This document shows positions 35,343-55,622 of a stretch of 64,000 bases of DNA, piece by piece. The notes below the pieces were generated by a model, which made no database searches, was not told where the DNA came from, and saw only the letters and a program-made list of their open reading frames with translations. Source of the DNA: the human T2T-CHM13v2.0 reference genome, Homo sapiens. How positions within the stretch are numbered: the stretch's first letter is position 1; every line of letters begins with the position of its first letter. The position numbers were made by a program, and so were the translations under genes. The stretch lies in the NCBI RefSeq assembly GCF_009914755.1, contig NC_060944.1. One strand, 5' to 3'.

Positions 35343-36848
35343 CTATAAGGTGGGAAGGTAGGGTGACACTCTCCACTTCCTGGACTTGTCTGAGGATTAA
35401 GTGAAATTATGCATGGCTAGAGTTTGGCAGAGCAGCTGGCACATGGCTAGATGTACTGGCTAGAGGGACAAGGCCCAAACTGACGTTAGGTCCAGATCCA
35501 AGTCCCGATGGAAGAGCAGAGACCTCAGATTCTTGGAGACCATCCAACCTACTGCTTTCTCGGCCATCGAGCACATGGGGCCCAGTCTTATCCACAGCAA
35601 CACAATGAATCAGTCTGCAAACCCAGGACTAGAACTGGCTCCTGACACCCAGCCCTGCTGGACACCCCTGCCACCTCTGAATCATCGACTACATTTGGCT
35701 TTGGACATGGAGAAAAGGGAGCAATTTGGGAAGAATGAAAACATTTCCTCCTGTGCAAATTGTTTCTTTTTGTGCTGGCAAGTCCAAGGTGTTCTGACAA
35801 AGGTCAAAAGTATTTATTTTCTTGAATATCATGGGAGTGAGAATGTGACACAGATGAGGGGGAGTGAGGGGGAGGAAAGGAGGGGGGGGAGGGCTGTTGC
35901 CAACTTCAATAGCTGAAAGGGCTTCTTTTTATTACAGGAAGTGTTTGGTTTGGGGGCACAGAAACAACCTCTAGTTTTCTATCAAAAGGAGCAGAAATTA
36001 CAATTAGGAAAATCACAGTTTATAAACAGACTGACAATTCTGTCAAGGCTGTGCTCCATGCTGCCCTGCCCGCCTCCCCAGCTCAGATCCGGTTCCTCAC
36101 CCCCATCTGAGCTTTGCCAGCCCACTGGGTCCTGACCCACTGCACTCCCCTATGCTGTTCCTCTGACTACACTGCCCGACCCCAGTGCCAACTCAGGCAC
36201 TGTTCTTGACCTACCTGAGTCCTCCTCTAGGCCTCCTCCTCAAAAACCCTCCAGCTCTTCTTCTGTGTACATCACACCACATCTTTCTGTCTTTGCACTT
36301 ACCAAGCTGCATCTCAATTGCCCCTACACCCATCTGTCCCTCCCAGTGGACTGCAGAACATATACTGGACCCTCAGACTCAGGTCTGGCATTCAGACAGA
36401 ATCCTGCTTTTTTTGGCCTGCTCCATTTGGGGCCACATGGTGTTTTTGAGCTGTTTGCGTTCATCTCCAGAAACTAAAAATTAAGAGATTTCACATTAAA
36501 ATCCAGATTTTTGGCTTCTCTCAATAAACTGGAAATCCAGCAACATGGGTCCAGCCCTCCCAGCAGCGGTCCCTTTTGGATACCCATGCCTTTTCTGTTT
36601 CTTCACAGTCCCTACCACGCCCTACTGTCTCCCTGACATTAAAGCCTTATGTCAGGAACCATTTGTCATTATTCTTGCAAAATATTTCTTTCTTACAGTG
36701 GATTAATAAGAAAGTGAAGTATTTCTTTTACTCATGTTCCTTCCTCACACCTGGCTCACTTCCCTTGTTTATGTTACCAGACTGGAACCCATAAGTACCT
36801 GGGCTTTCAACCCTTGCACCAGGCTGAAAACTTCTTGAAAACATATAC

Positions 36849-37156
36849 AGGCTAAGTGTAGTGGCTCACACCTATAATCCCAGAACTTAGAAAGACTGAG
36901 GTGGAAGATCACTTGAGCCCAGGAGTTCGACACCACCCTGGGCAACATAGTGAGACCTCATCTCTACTAAAAATAAAAAAAATAAATAAAAAAAATTAGC
37001 TGGGCATGGCACCCACCTGTGGTCCCAGCTACCTGGGAGGGTGAGGTAGGAGGATTGCTTGAGTAAGGGAGGTTGAGGTTGCAGTGAGTCATGATCGCTC
37101 CTCTGCATCCAGCCTGGGTGATACAGCCAGACCCTGTATCAAAAAAAAAAAAAAAA
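36849..37156 (+). mobile_element. AluJ
   Basis: Full dimer. Confidence 0.88.
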
Positions 37157-37309
37157 TGAAAAAAGATACAGTGCTTCGTAACATCTCTGTAGCTCCAACA
37201 GCCAGCACAGTGCATAGCTCAGAGTAGGTCTCTCGTAATGAATATAACTCTTGCTACTAGAAGAAGAGAGCCTCTTTATAAATTCTTTCATCTTCTTCAT
37301 CATCCATTC

Positions 37310-37983
37310 TAAGGCAGGAAATTAAAGAAAGAAAGAAAAATAAAATTAAAAAGAGAAATAAGCTTTCCTGTATTAGGCTGACTTGTCCCAGAGGCAGCAA
37401 CGGGCATAGCCCAGACCCAGGGAAAGTCTTGATAATACTATCTAAGAAGGCAGGACACAAAGGAATGTGCTCTGGAGACTCTCCCAGCACTCCCTCAACA
37501 CAGGGAGAAGAAAAACAAATTTTCCTTTGTTTTATGGTATGAGTTTATAGATTCTTGTTCTCTGTAACTGGTGACTTAAAGTATTCTGTTTTATCTAAGC
37601 AGTGGTGTGAAGGTCACAAGCTGTCTGAGCAGGCCACCTGGGCCCATAGTGCAGGCCATGGAATAAGCCATGCTAGGCACTAGGCAAACCTAGATAATGG
37701 ACATCTGGGTTGCATAGCAACGGTCATGTGTAACCCTGAGTTATGAACCTGTTACAATTTGATTAACTGTCTTTGTCCTGCCTCTGTATCCCTGCTTTCA
37801 CACTGCTGTAAGCCTGCTTCAAGTTAGCCCACCCCTTTTTAAAGTGTGCATAAAAGCCAAGTGCTGTCTTTGTTCTTGGCCCAGTCTTTGGATGTTAAGT
37901 CGGCTGGGTCTGAGTGCACTCAATAAAGATATCCTCCTGCATACACTCCAAGGTCTCCCTCTGGTCCTTCTGATTCCACAACA
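37310..37983 (+). mobile_element. Intact solo ERV1 LTR (LTR15-like)
   Basis: T(A)AGGCAGGAAATTAAAG...CAACA; 4-bp TSD ATTC on both sides; CATAAAA TATA-like element and AATAAA near 37922. Confidence 0.75.
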
Positions 37984-38239
37984 ATTCAACAACGATTTTC
38001 TGAGTTCACCTATAAGCCTATTTTCCTTCCTCAGTGTTCTTTCTCTTTGATGTCCTGGTACCTCTTGTAAACCCTAAATACTCAAAACCCCTCCTTAGAT
38101 TGCCCTTTTACGTACCTCTTGCAAAACTTTGATGTTAGCAATTACATAAGAGAAGATCATAAAAACCATTAATTAGTAGTGAGAGTATTAATGTCAGTAA
38201 TAAGTAGATATTAATGTTATTTACTGAGAGTTTCCCATG

Positions 38240-38605
38240 TATATCAGTTTGTTCTCACAATGCTAATAAAGACATGCCAGAGTCTGGATAATTTATAAAG
38301 GGAAGAGGTTTAATTGACTCACAGTTCCACATGGCTAGGGAGGCCTCACAATCATGGCAGAAGGTAAATGAGGAGCAGCAAAGTCACGTCTTACATGGTA
38401 GCAGGCAAGAGGGCATGTGCAGGGAACTCCCCTTTATAAAACCATCAGATCTCATGAGACTTATTCACTATCATGAGAACAGCATGGAAAAAACCCACCC
38501 GCATGATTCAATTACTTCCCACTGGGTCCCTCCCACAACATGTGGGAATTACGGGAGCTACAATTCAAGATGAGATTTGGGTGGGGACACAGCCAAGCCA
38601 TATCA
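38240..38605 (-). mobile_element. THE1-type MaLR solo LTR
   Basis: TSD CCATG (38235-38239 / 38606-38610); GAGATTTGGGTGGGGACACAGCCAAGCCATATCA. Confidence 0.85.
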
Positions 38606-40051
38606 CCATGTACCAAGAACTTTACATAGATTTCCTCACTCCAGCTTTACAACCCTGTGTATCATTAGTCTTCATATTAGTCAGGACTGTAAGTTGCAAG
38701 TAGAAAAAAAGTAACAACCAACTCTCAAATGGTTTAAGCCAAAAGGTTCATATAACTGAAAAATCAGATCTAGTATTCATGAAATCATTATGTGGATGAC
38801 ATAATTCTAAGAATTTTACATGTATTAATTCTTTTAATCCTGTGAATAATATTTTAAGAAAGGTACTAATATAATTTCCATTTTGCAGACAGGGAAACTT
38901 GAGTACTGAGAGTTCACAATTTTACATCTGAACCCACTTTCTGTGTGTAAGGGAATTACCTACTTCATTCAACTCCTTGGAACCCAGAGTTCAATTCTGC
39001 AGAGGAAGCAGAAAATGCCATGTCCTCCCTGCATGGAGGACATCAGTGTTGTGACTTAGGCGTTGCCCATCAGGTGCATCTGCCATGGACTTCGATTTTC
39101 AAACTCATATAGAGACTGTTCTCTGGCAGGTGTGATGAGAGAGTAAGATCCAGTTCCAGAGATGACAATCCAGTGGGGTTACGGGCAGCACTGGCTGTCT
39201 GGAACCAGAGGGCCAGTAGTGTCCCCAGGCCAATTCTGTTGATGTGAATGGAGACACCATGCCTGGCTTCTCAACCTCTGAGTTTGGTTCCCCTGTGATT
39301 CTATAATCTACTCCATATGCATTCAACAAAACTCGTGTGAGTCAATATTCCATAATAAACTCCCTTACATATATACATCTATCCTATTAGTTCTGTCCCT
39401 CTAGAGAACCCTAATACACTATCTCATAAAATAAATTAAAAATTAAAGAGGAAGAAACTGAGGATCAAAGAAGTTAAGTAATTTCTTTAGAGTCCCACAG
39501 CCACGGAATAGAGAAGTTAGAATTTGAATGGCTCAAATTTTGTTTTACTTTTGTTATTTTTTTGTTATTGCTTTTCTCATTTGGCTTGCAATAATGTTCT
39601 TAATTTTGCTTTTTCCCACTTTCCTGATTTAAATGCTCCCTATAAAAATTTAAATATATAAAGTTATAAGGAAGAAAGTAACATTCTTTGAAATCTCATC
39701 AGCATATAATAACTACTGTTAATATTTTACTGGGCATCTTTCATGCCTGTCTTAACGCGTATGGGCAATAGAAGTAACCTTTTTCATAAATCATAACAAA
39801 TAATACACATTCTTTTAATCAAGAGCACCCTTTTTAAGTGTGATTTTTTTTTCTTATCTATCCTTTTCTTCTTCCTTTTCTGACCTCCATTAATCTCCCT
39901 TACTTACTCCACACTTTCTGGCTCACGATAACCCCTGTTAACAACTGATGTGTACACTTGCAGAATTTTCTCCAAGCCAATATAATTATACATTTCTTTA
40001 TAGAAGTCCTGTTTTTAACTCTTGCAATATTCATATTAAAGGACACTAATG

Positions 40052-40381
<330 letters not shown>

Positions 40382-41044
40382 AAAGGACACCAGTGGTGGC
40401 ATTTGGGGCACCAGACAGTAACTGTTGAAAGAGATTTCAGCCATAGAAGGAGCCCTTCTTGACACCCCTAAAATTGCACTGCTGAGGTGATTGTCACGTG
40501 AGCTCACCCCGTCACAGTTCTGGAGTGAGCGTGAGAAGGCTGAGGGTGAGCACCTCTGTCCCCACCAAAGAAATGGATCGCCAGGCCCTGGTCTCGTGGT
40601 TTCCAGGTTTGCTTGCAGGCCTGCCTGCGAAGCTCAAGGAACTGCAGAGTCACTTCTGTCTGGAGCTCCTGAATGCAGTCCAGCTAACCTTCCCTACCCG
40701 GAAGCCCTTCAACATCTTTTCTCCATTCCCTTTACGGGTTTTATTCTTCTTTTGCCTGCTCAGCAATTTTCACCAGTCCAAGGACCGAATGCTCTGCTCT
40801 CAGATCAATAGCCCTTGGGAAGTACTGCAGACAGTCTCTGAGATGCACCCTAGCTGCTCCTGCAAAGGAATTGCTTTCTTTCTGACTCAGTTTCACTTGA
40901 ATTAAGCTTCTTCTGCTTTATGAAAGCAGCCTCCTTCCAGAGCACAAGTTGACATCAACCCAGAACCAGAAAGAAATCAGTGGCTGGAACTTGTCTTATT
41001 CATCTCTGGAAAGTCCAGCTCTCCAGCAGAGGCTTAGAATTCTA

Positions 41045-41666
<622 letters not shown>

Positions 41667-41895
41667 GGGCACTGGAAATGCAGGCAAGGAGGGGAAAAGA
41701 GAGAATGAATTTTAGCAAAATCTCTCCATCTCCTCTGTCCTGGATCATCTAATTACTCTACCAAGATTATCATTTTAATGTAATAGTACTACTAACATGC
41801 TAGCACTTGTTTTGAGCACCTAGTACGTACCAGATACTGTGCTCAGTGTTTTACATGTGTTATTTCATCCTCACAGTAACTGCAAGAAGTGTATA

Positions 41896-42072
41896 TAGTA
41901 AGTCCTCACTTAACTTCTTCGATGGGTTCTTGGAAACTGCGACTTTAAGCAAAATGATGTGCAGCACGTCCTCAAGTAATGTCCTTCCATTATGATTATG
42001 AGGGAAAAAATGGTTTCATCATACATCATTTCACTTAAAGTTGCAGTTTCCAAGAAACTATCAACATTCAGT
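41896..42072. mobile_element. MER6B-like palindromic Tigger MITE
   Basis: TAGTAAGTCCTCACTTAAC start; 34-bp inverted arms at 41927-41960 and 42023-42056. Confidence 0.75.
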
Positions 42073-42830
42073 TGATATTAAAAACCCGAGGCATACAAGG
42101 TGTATAGTGGACTTATCATCTCTAGGATTACATATCTAGTTGGTGTTTGGGATAAGACTGAAACCCAGTTCTGTCTGACTTCAGAGCCTGTGGTGGGCTG
42201 TTGTGAGTCAGGTCCCGAGGAATCAGACTCCAATATGGAGATTTGAAGTCAGGAAGTCTATTGCAGAGTGCTGTCGGGATTACATCTGTGGAAAGGAAAA
42301 GTCAAACTGCAGTGCAACCTCAGCAGAGGCCTTGGCTAATGCCATGGGGAATATAGAGCTGGGATGGCAAGAGGACAGGACCTTGGAATGTCCACCTCGA
42401 ACAGTCATAGGGACTCAGCTGAGAGCTGCCAGCAGCCAATGCTCCCAGCAGCTGGGGGAATAAATGCCCCATCCTGGGGATGGGGGTCTGGGTGGCACAC
42501 CACAGTATGCACTGCAGCGCCCACTACCTATTCCCCATGCATTGCTCCTCAAATAAGGGAGATGGCTGGGAGGGAGACAACATCAGTGATGGGGTAGTGG
42601 AGGAGGAATTCAGAGAGTAAAAATGGTTTTGTCTGTCTTCCATCCACCTGTGACCTAGGCTATGCATGCCATCCAGCTGCAATAACCAATACATTTGGGT
42701 CATTCATGTTGATATAATGTATGGATTATTTTATGGGTTGCAAGCCATTAACAAATAAATAAAATGCAATATTCCACTGGCTGATTGGAGATGCATTCTT
42801 TGACATTCTCAAATAAGAAATGGAAGAATT

Positions 42831-43169
<339 letters not shown>

Positions 43170-43329
43170 TTAAAAAAATTAAAAAATTAAATTAAAAAGA
43201 GATGGATCTATTTGTATAATATGGAAAGACCTCTAAGACATATTTTTGCATGAAGAAATAAGATTCAGTACCCTAATAAACTATATAAAAATTATATCTA
43301 TTTCTAGAGTTTTACATACACTATAAAAG

Positions 43330-43996
<667 letters not shown>

Positions 43997-44102
43997 ACAT
44001 GTTGCTATATATAACTGATATGTGGTTACTTCTGGGGAGGAGAAATGGCATTGGGAGGTGGCGATCATAGGGAATTTTAGTTTTTAATCTTTAATATTTT
44101 AG

Positions 44103-44494
<392 letters not shown>

Positions 44495-45366
44495 AGGAGC
44501 TCTATTTCTGATTAAACCTATAGACCTCTCTGAGTTAGGATCTCAGCCCTTGTTCCATTAAAATGAAAAGCCAAAATTGGTTGCATGTATAGCAAAGACC
44601 TTGAAATATCATAGACTGCCTTGCAATTTCAACTTCTCATTCAAGCCAAACAACAGCCCTCTTTATCTTTGAAGTTTACTTTTGAGCAAAATCAAAGTGG
44701 CTAGACTCCCTGATCCACTGCCTAGTCCCCAGCTTCATGTGTGTCAGATAGTTACAGTGACCAGAGCAAGAGTAGCAGCAGCACCTCTGGCCTCTCAATC
44801 ACATCTATGGTGACTTTGAAACAAAAGCCTCCTGGACTTCTGCAACTCCTGCTCTTCTCATGAATTTGTAACCACCTAATTCCCTATAGTCAATCCCTTT
44901 CTGCCTACAATACCTAGAGTGGTTTCTGTTCCTATCTCCTGCACAGAGGCATGACTTAGTACAGGTTGGAAGATAATATTCAGAAAAGAGACACAAAGAC
45001 AAAAAGATGAAAAATTGGAAAGAAAAAGAAAAAAAAACAGTAAAATTAGAAAGCCATTTCAAGAGGTCAAACACCTGAAAAATTAGAGTTCTGGAAAGTG
45101 AAGATATAGAAAATGGGGAGAGGAAGGAAGAAAATATTCAAAGAAATAATTCATGAAAATTATTCCAGAACTGAAGAAAGTATATTTTCAGATTGGGAGA
45201 GATCATTGAGGAACAATTAGATGTTATGTGCCTCCTGAGATGACGCCATAGAAAATACAAGTCCTGTCTATAAAATATGATTGCCAAAAACTGAACTGAA
45301 ATCTAATCAGGCCTCTAGATTGAACTACCAGTTTACAGGACATTGGAGGGATGGTGTCACATTTTA

Positions 45367-47044
<1,678 letters not shown>

Positions 47045-47744
47045 CTATCAACTATTCAACTACGTGCAGGTTTAGTCTTAAGTAAGAATAAAATCTAATT
47101 TTAAAGCAATTGTTAACTCCAGGGGAAAAAAATTCCAAGTAATATATAAACAAATTGAAAGAATGCTGCAGTGGTATATGTGTAAAGTGATTTTAGAGAG
47201 CAAAATTGATTGGTCCATAGTAGGAAGTCAACAGAAACTTATCCAAAATTGAGAATTTAAGAAGGAATTGTGGGGTTTTTTTTTCTTTTTTTTTTTTTTG
47301 AGACAAGAGTTTTGCTCTTGTGGCCCAGGCTGGAGTGCCATGGCATGACCTTGGCTCACAGCAACCTCTGCCTCCTGGGTTCAAGCGGTTTTCCTGCCTC
47401 AGCCTCCTGTAGTCCCAACTGTCATTTTTTTTTTAAGAAATAAACAAAGAAACAGCTGTTTATGTTATTTAGAAATATGGAGGCACATAGCAGAAGGAAC
47501 AGCTAAATGAGTTGAAATCACCACCTCTTGGGAGAGGTTAGCAAAAGGATGATGGGTGCGGGAGTGCCCTTTTTCATAATGAAAACAAAATTATCTGGCT
47601 TTTGAAATTATGCATAGTGTTACCTAGACAAAAATAAGAATTTACATTGCATTGCTCTGAGATGTTCTTGATTTTATAAGATGTTTTGTGTATATATATA
47701 TATATATAGTTTCATGTATTTCTAAGGATGTGGGTGGGAGGAGG

Positions 47745-47848
47745 GATGCTGCCAATTAAACCATGACATGCCACTGATGGTAAAACACATGATTTCAGAT
47801 ATGTTAAAATATGAGAATATGTATATCTTTGAATCTGTGAAATACAGT
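47745..47848 (-). mobile_element. MER104-like Tc2 DNA transposon fragment
   Basis: Reverse complement CTGTATTTCACAGATTCAAAGATATACATATTCTCATATTTTAACATATCTGAAATC...GGTTTAATTGGCAGCA. Confidence 0.6.
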
Positions 47849-48562
47849 ACTTTTTTAAAATAGATTTTTTTTTTTGAGGCAAGGTCTTGGTCTGTCACCC
47901 AGGCTAGAGTGCAGTGGCATGATCCATAGCCCACTGCGACCTCAAACTCTTAGGCTCAAGTGATCCTCAGAAAATTGAGGTCATAGGGTACACGGCCAGC
48001 CTGAAAACTAGACAGGACAATACACAGAATCACAGTTTACCAGGAGCAGAAGCAGCTGGAAACAATAACTGGTGGGAACATTTAAACAGTAATTATGAAT
48101 TGCTGGAGGCTGACTGTGGACTAGCTTGAGGGTTTAAAAAACCCAGGTGCCCGTTCTTGGGGGGCTAGGGGGCAGAGGTATATTTTTGTGAGTTTGGCCT
48201 CCCAGAGTCCCACCAGTTTCTCACAGTGAAGATCTGAACAAAATCCCCTCACACTTCGGACAGGAGTAGGGTAAATAAACCATGTGGAAATAAGCCCAGA
48301 GTGCTCTGTTCTCTGTAGCAAAGGCCTGCCCTCAATGGATACTACTTTACCAGCATCTTACTAGCCTAGAGGAAGGGCAATTAGACAACTACAGCCTCCT
48401 TTAGCTTTCCCATCTCATGTAGGGGGAGAAAAAAAAAGCAAAGAAATTCTTCTGGAGGTTATAGCCCAGGGACTCGGGCCCGTTAAAAAAAAAACCAAAA
48501 GCTGGGAGTGGTGGCTCACGCCTGTAATCCCAACACTTTGGGAGGACAAGGCAGGCAGATCA

Positions 48563-49014
<452 letters not shown>

Positions 49015-49251
49015 TTACAGCTACAGCAAACAGTAAACACAACCTAACTCCTAGACAGACAAAAAAACCACTAAAGCCCAATTTACCTCCGTTACTATTA
49101 CCTGATACATCATGCCTGACTGTCAACAAAATTTATGACACATTAACAGCAAGAAAAAACACAGTATGAAGAGACAAAGCCAGTGGCAGAAATTTTGGAA
49201 TTATTGGATCAGAAATTTAAAATTACTGTGATTAGTGTGCTAAGGTCTCTA

Positions 49252-49443
<192 letters not shown>

Positions 49444-49609
49444 TCAGAATAAGGGAAATGTCAGGGATAAAGATGAGCATTACATAATGATTAAGGGTGA
49501 GATCTCCATGAAGACCCAACAATCCTTAATGAGTACGTGCCTTACAACAACAGACCATCAAAATATGTCAGGCAAAACATACAGAACTGCAAGGAGAAAT
49601 AGGGAAATC

Positions 49610-49654
<45 letters not shown>

Positions 49655-50750
49655 CTTTGAGACAGAGTCTGGCTCTGTCGCCCAGGCTGGAGTGCAGTGG
49701 CGCGAACTCGGCTCACTGCAAGCTCCACCTCCCCAGGTTCATGCCATTCTCCTGTCTCAGCCTCCAGAGTAGCTGGGACTACAGGTGCCCGCCACCATGC
49801 CTGGCTAATTTTTGTATTTTTAGTAGAGATGGGGTTTCACCGTGTTAGCCAGGATGGTCTCGATCTCCTGACCTTGTGATCTCCCCACCTCGGCCTCCCA
49901 GAGTGCCGGGATTACAGGCACGAGCCACCGCACCCAGCCAGGCAAATCCATTATTATAGTTGAAGACTTCAACATACCTCTAGCACTAATTGACAAATCC
50001 AGTAGGCAGAAAAAAGTAGTGAGAATATAGATGTGCAGTACCATGAATCAACTGGATCTAATTGACATTTATAGACTAGTTTATCCCCAAACAGCAGAAT
50101 ACACATTCTTCTCAAGCTCCTATGAAACATTAACCAAGATAGACTACATTTTGGACCATAAAACATATCTTAACAAATGTAAAAGACTAGCAATCATACA
50201 AAGTATAACACCAGAGAATTAAACTAGAAATAAGAGAAAGCTGGAAAATCCTAAAATTTTGGAAATGAAATGCTAGTAAATAACACATTGGCCACAGAAG
50301 TCTCAAGATAAGTTAAAAAATATTTTGAATTAAATGAAAATCAAAATTTGGGGGATGTAAGGAAAGCAGTTCTTAGAGGCAAATGTATTGCAATGAATGT
50401 GTGCATTAAAAAAGAAGAAAGACCTAATATCATTAATCTAAACTTCCACCTTAGGAACCCAAGAAAGGAGAGCAGTATAAACCTAAAACAAGCAGAAGAA
50501 AAGAAAAAGAAATAAAAATTCAAACAGAAATCAGTGAAACTAAAAACTAGAAAATAATAGGAAAAATTGAGAAGACCACAAGCTGGTTCTTTGAAAGATC
50601 AGTGAAGTTGATAAATCTTTGGCCAGGCTAATGAAGAAATAAGGAAAGAAGATATAAATTAATTAATATAAATAAAAGAAAGGCCAAGGCCGGGTGCAGT
50701 AGCTCATGCCTGTAATCCCAGGACTTTGGGAGGCCGAGGCAGGTGGATCA

Positions 50751-51066
<316 letters not shown>

Positions 51067-52699
51067 TCAATTCCTTGAAAGATACAAATTACCAAAATTC
51101 ACAAGAGGAGAAAAATATAATCTGAATAGGCCTAGACCTATTAAAGAAAGTGAATCAATATGCAATAAACTTTCACAATAGAAAACGCCAGACAAAGATG
51201 GTTTCACTGGGCGAATTATACAAAATTTTTAAGAAATAAATGATACCAATTATCTGAAGATAAAAGCAGAGTGAATGTTTTCTATCCCACTTCAGGAAAC
51301 CAGCATTACCCTGATACCAAATCTACGCAAAGACATTGCAAGAAAGGAAAATTAGAGACCAGTTTCTGTCATGAACGCAGATACAAAAATCCTCAACAAA
51401 TTATTGGCAAATCAAATCCAAGAATGTATAAAATAAACTGTGCACCATGATGAAGTGGGATTTGTTCCGGGTATAAAAAGGCTAGTTTAATATTTCAAAA
51501 TCAATGAGTATAATCTATTACAACAACAGACCAAAGGAAAAAAATCATGTGATCACATCGACAAATGCAGAACAAGCATCTGACAAAATCTAACACCCAT
51601 TCATTATAAAAACTCTCCGCAAACTAGGAATAGAAAGATAACTTTTTAAACTTCATAAAAAATATCTACAAAAACACTGCAATGAACAGCATTCTCAATG
51701 GTAAGAAATTAGATGCTTTCTCCTAAGATGTAGAACAAGGCAAGCCTGTCCCTTTTCACCACTCCAATTCAATATTGTACAAAAGTCCTAGCTAATATAA
51801 TAAGATAAGAAAATAAAATAAAAGGTATACAGATTCAGAAGGAAGAAACAAAACCATCTTTGTTCACAGACATGATTATCTATATGAAAAATCCCCAAAA
51901 CTTGGCAAAAACTCCTGGAACTAGTAAGAAATAATAGCAAGGTTGTAGGATAAAAGGTTATTACACAAAGTGAATTGCTTTCCTACATACCAGCAATTAA
52001 CTTGCGGGATTTGAAATTTAAAACACAATGCCATTTACATTAGCACAAAAATAAGTATAAATCTAACAAAATATGTACAAGTCTATGTGAGCAAAACTAT
52101 CAAACTCTGGTGGAAGAAACTAAAGAAAACCTAAATAAATGGATAGATATTCCATGTTCATGGATAAAAGACTCAATACTGTTAATATATCAGTTCTTCC
52201 CTATTTAATCTATAGATTCAACACGATCCCAATAAAAATCCCAATGAGTAATTTTGTGGATGTCGACACATTTATTCTAAAATGTATACAGAAATGCAAA
52301 AGAACCAGAACAACCAACAAAATGCTGAGGAAGAACAAAGTTGGAGGACTGACACTACCTCACTTCAAGACTTACAACAAAACTATAGTAATCAAGGCAG
52401 TGTGGTCTTGGCAAAAGAACAGACAAATAAATCAATGGAACAGAATAGAGAATTTAGAAATAGACCCACACAAATAGTGAACTGATCTTTAAAAAGAAGC
52501 AAAAGCAATGCAATGGAGAAAGGATAGCCTTTTCAACAAATGGTGGTGGAACAACAGGACGTCCGCACACACAAAAATGAATGTAGATACTGATAACTTT
52601 CACAAAATTTAACTCAAAAAGGCAAAACTACAAAACTTCTAAATGATAACATAGAAGAAAATTTAGGGGACCTTGGGTTTGGCAATGAATGTTTAGATA

Positions 52700-53485
<786 letters not shown>

Positions 53486-53988
53486 GGTATAACATAAAAA
53501 ACATGATCCATGAAAGAAAAATTGGTAAGTTAGACTTCATCAAAATTAGTGCAAAGTCACTGTCGAGAGGATAAAAGACAAGCTACAGACAAGAAGAAAA
53601 AATCTTTGCAAAGCACATATCACCTAAAGGACGAGTATGCAAAATATACAAAGAATTCTTAAAATTCAGTGATAAAAAAGCAAATAATCCAATTAAAATG
53701 AGTGAAAAAATCTGAACATACACCTAACCAAGGAAAATATACAGGTGGCAAATAAGCACATGAAAAGATGCTCAACATTGTATGTCATGAGGGAATTGCA
53801 AACTAGAACAATGAGATACCATTACACACCTATTCAACTGGTTAAATTCAGAAAAACAAAAACACAAACAACAAGAAAAAACTCTCACTATATCAGATGC
53901 TGGCATGAGTATGGAGCAACCGGAGCTGTTACTGTTGGTGGAAATACAAAATAGTACAGCTCCTTTGGAAAACAATTTGGTAGTTTCT

Positions 53989-54670
<682 letters not shown>

Positions 54671-54698
54671 AGCCTATTTTTATTTTTAATGTTTTTTT

Positions 54699-54997
54699 AG
54701 GGATGGGGTCTTGCTGTGTTGCCCAGGCTGGAGTACAGTGGCTATTCACAGGCACCATCCCACTACTGATCAGCACGGGAGTTTTGACCTGCTCTGTTTC
54801 CAACCTTGGCCAGTTTACCCCTTCTTAGGCAATCTGGTGGTTCCCTGCTCCCGGGAGGTCATCATATTGATGCTGAACTTAGCGCAGACGCCCAGGCAAC
54901 ATAGTGCACTGCAGCCCAGAACTCCTGGCCTCAAGCGATCCTCCTGCCTCAGCCTCCTGAGTAGCTGGGACTACAGGCACGCGCCACCACACCTGGC
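54699..54997 (-). pseudogene. Full-length 7SL (SRP) RNA retropseudogene
   Basis: Reverse complement contains the S-domain absent from Alu (CTAAGTTCAGCATCAATATGATGACCTCCCGGGAG...GAGCAGGTCAAAACTCCCGTGCTGATCAGTAGTGGGAT); ~299 nt with A-rich tail. Confidence 0.92.
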
Positions 54998-55177
54998 CAG
55001 TTTACTAGTTTCTAACAAAGCTAAACATTGTCTTAACGTATAATCTAACAGTCACACTCTTAGGTATTTACTCAAACAAGTTGAAAACTTATGCCCAAAC
55101 AAAAACCTGCACACAGATGTTTATCATGGTTTTCTTCATAATTGTCAACAGCTGGATCAAGATAGCTCTCAGTAGGT

Positions 55178-55622
55178 CTATTAGTTCCCTAAGCCTGCCA
55201 TAACAAAGGGCCACAAACTGGGTGGCTTAAAACCACAAAAACATATTCTCTCACCATTCTGGAGGCTAGAAGTCTAAAATCAGTGTGACAGCAGAGTCTT
55301 GCTCCCTTTGAGACTCTGGGTAGAATCCTTCCATGCCTCTTCCTGGCTTCTGGTGCTGCCCAGCAATCCTTAGTGTTCCCTGGCTCACAGCTCATCACTC
55401 CAGTCTCGGCCTCCATTGTCATGTGTTGTTTCCCATGTGTGTCCTGTCTTCAGATGGCATTTTCCTCCTTCTTTAGGGCACCAGCCACGTTGGATTAGGA
55501 CCCACTCGAATGACCTCATTTTAATTGATTATACTGCAAAAGCCCTTTTCCAAATAAGGTCACATACACAGATTCCAAGGGTGAAAGCTTCAGCATATCT
55601 TTCTGGAGGATACAAGTCAATC
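55178..55622 (-). mobile_element. MLT1B/C-type MaLR LTR
   Basis: TATTAGTTCCCTAAGCCTGCCATAACAAAGGGCCACAAACTGGGTGGCTTAAAA. Confidence 0.72.

Noticed and set aside
52139-52477. 112-aa ORF2-like reading frame suggesting an active L1
   Set aside because: A small piece of an ancient L1MC copy riddled with stops, frameshifts and nested insertions.
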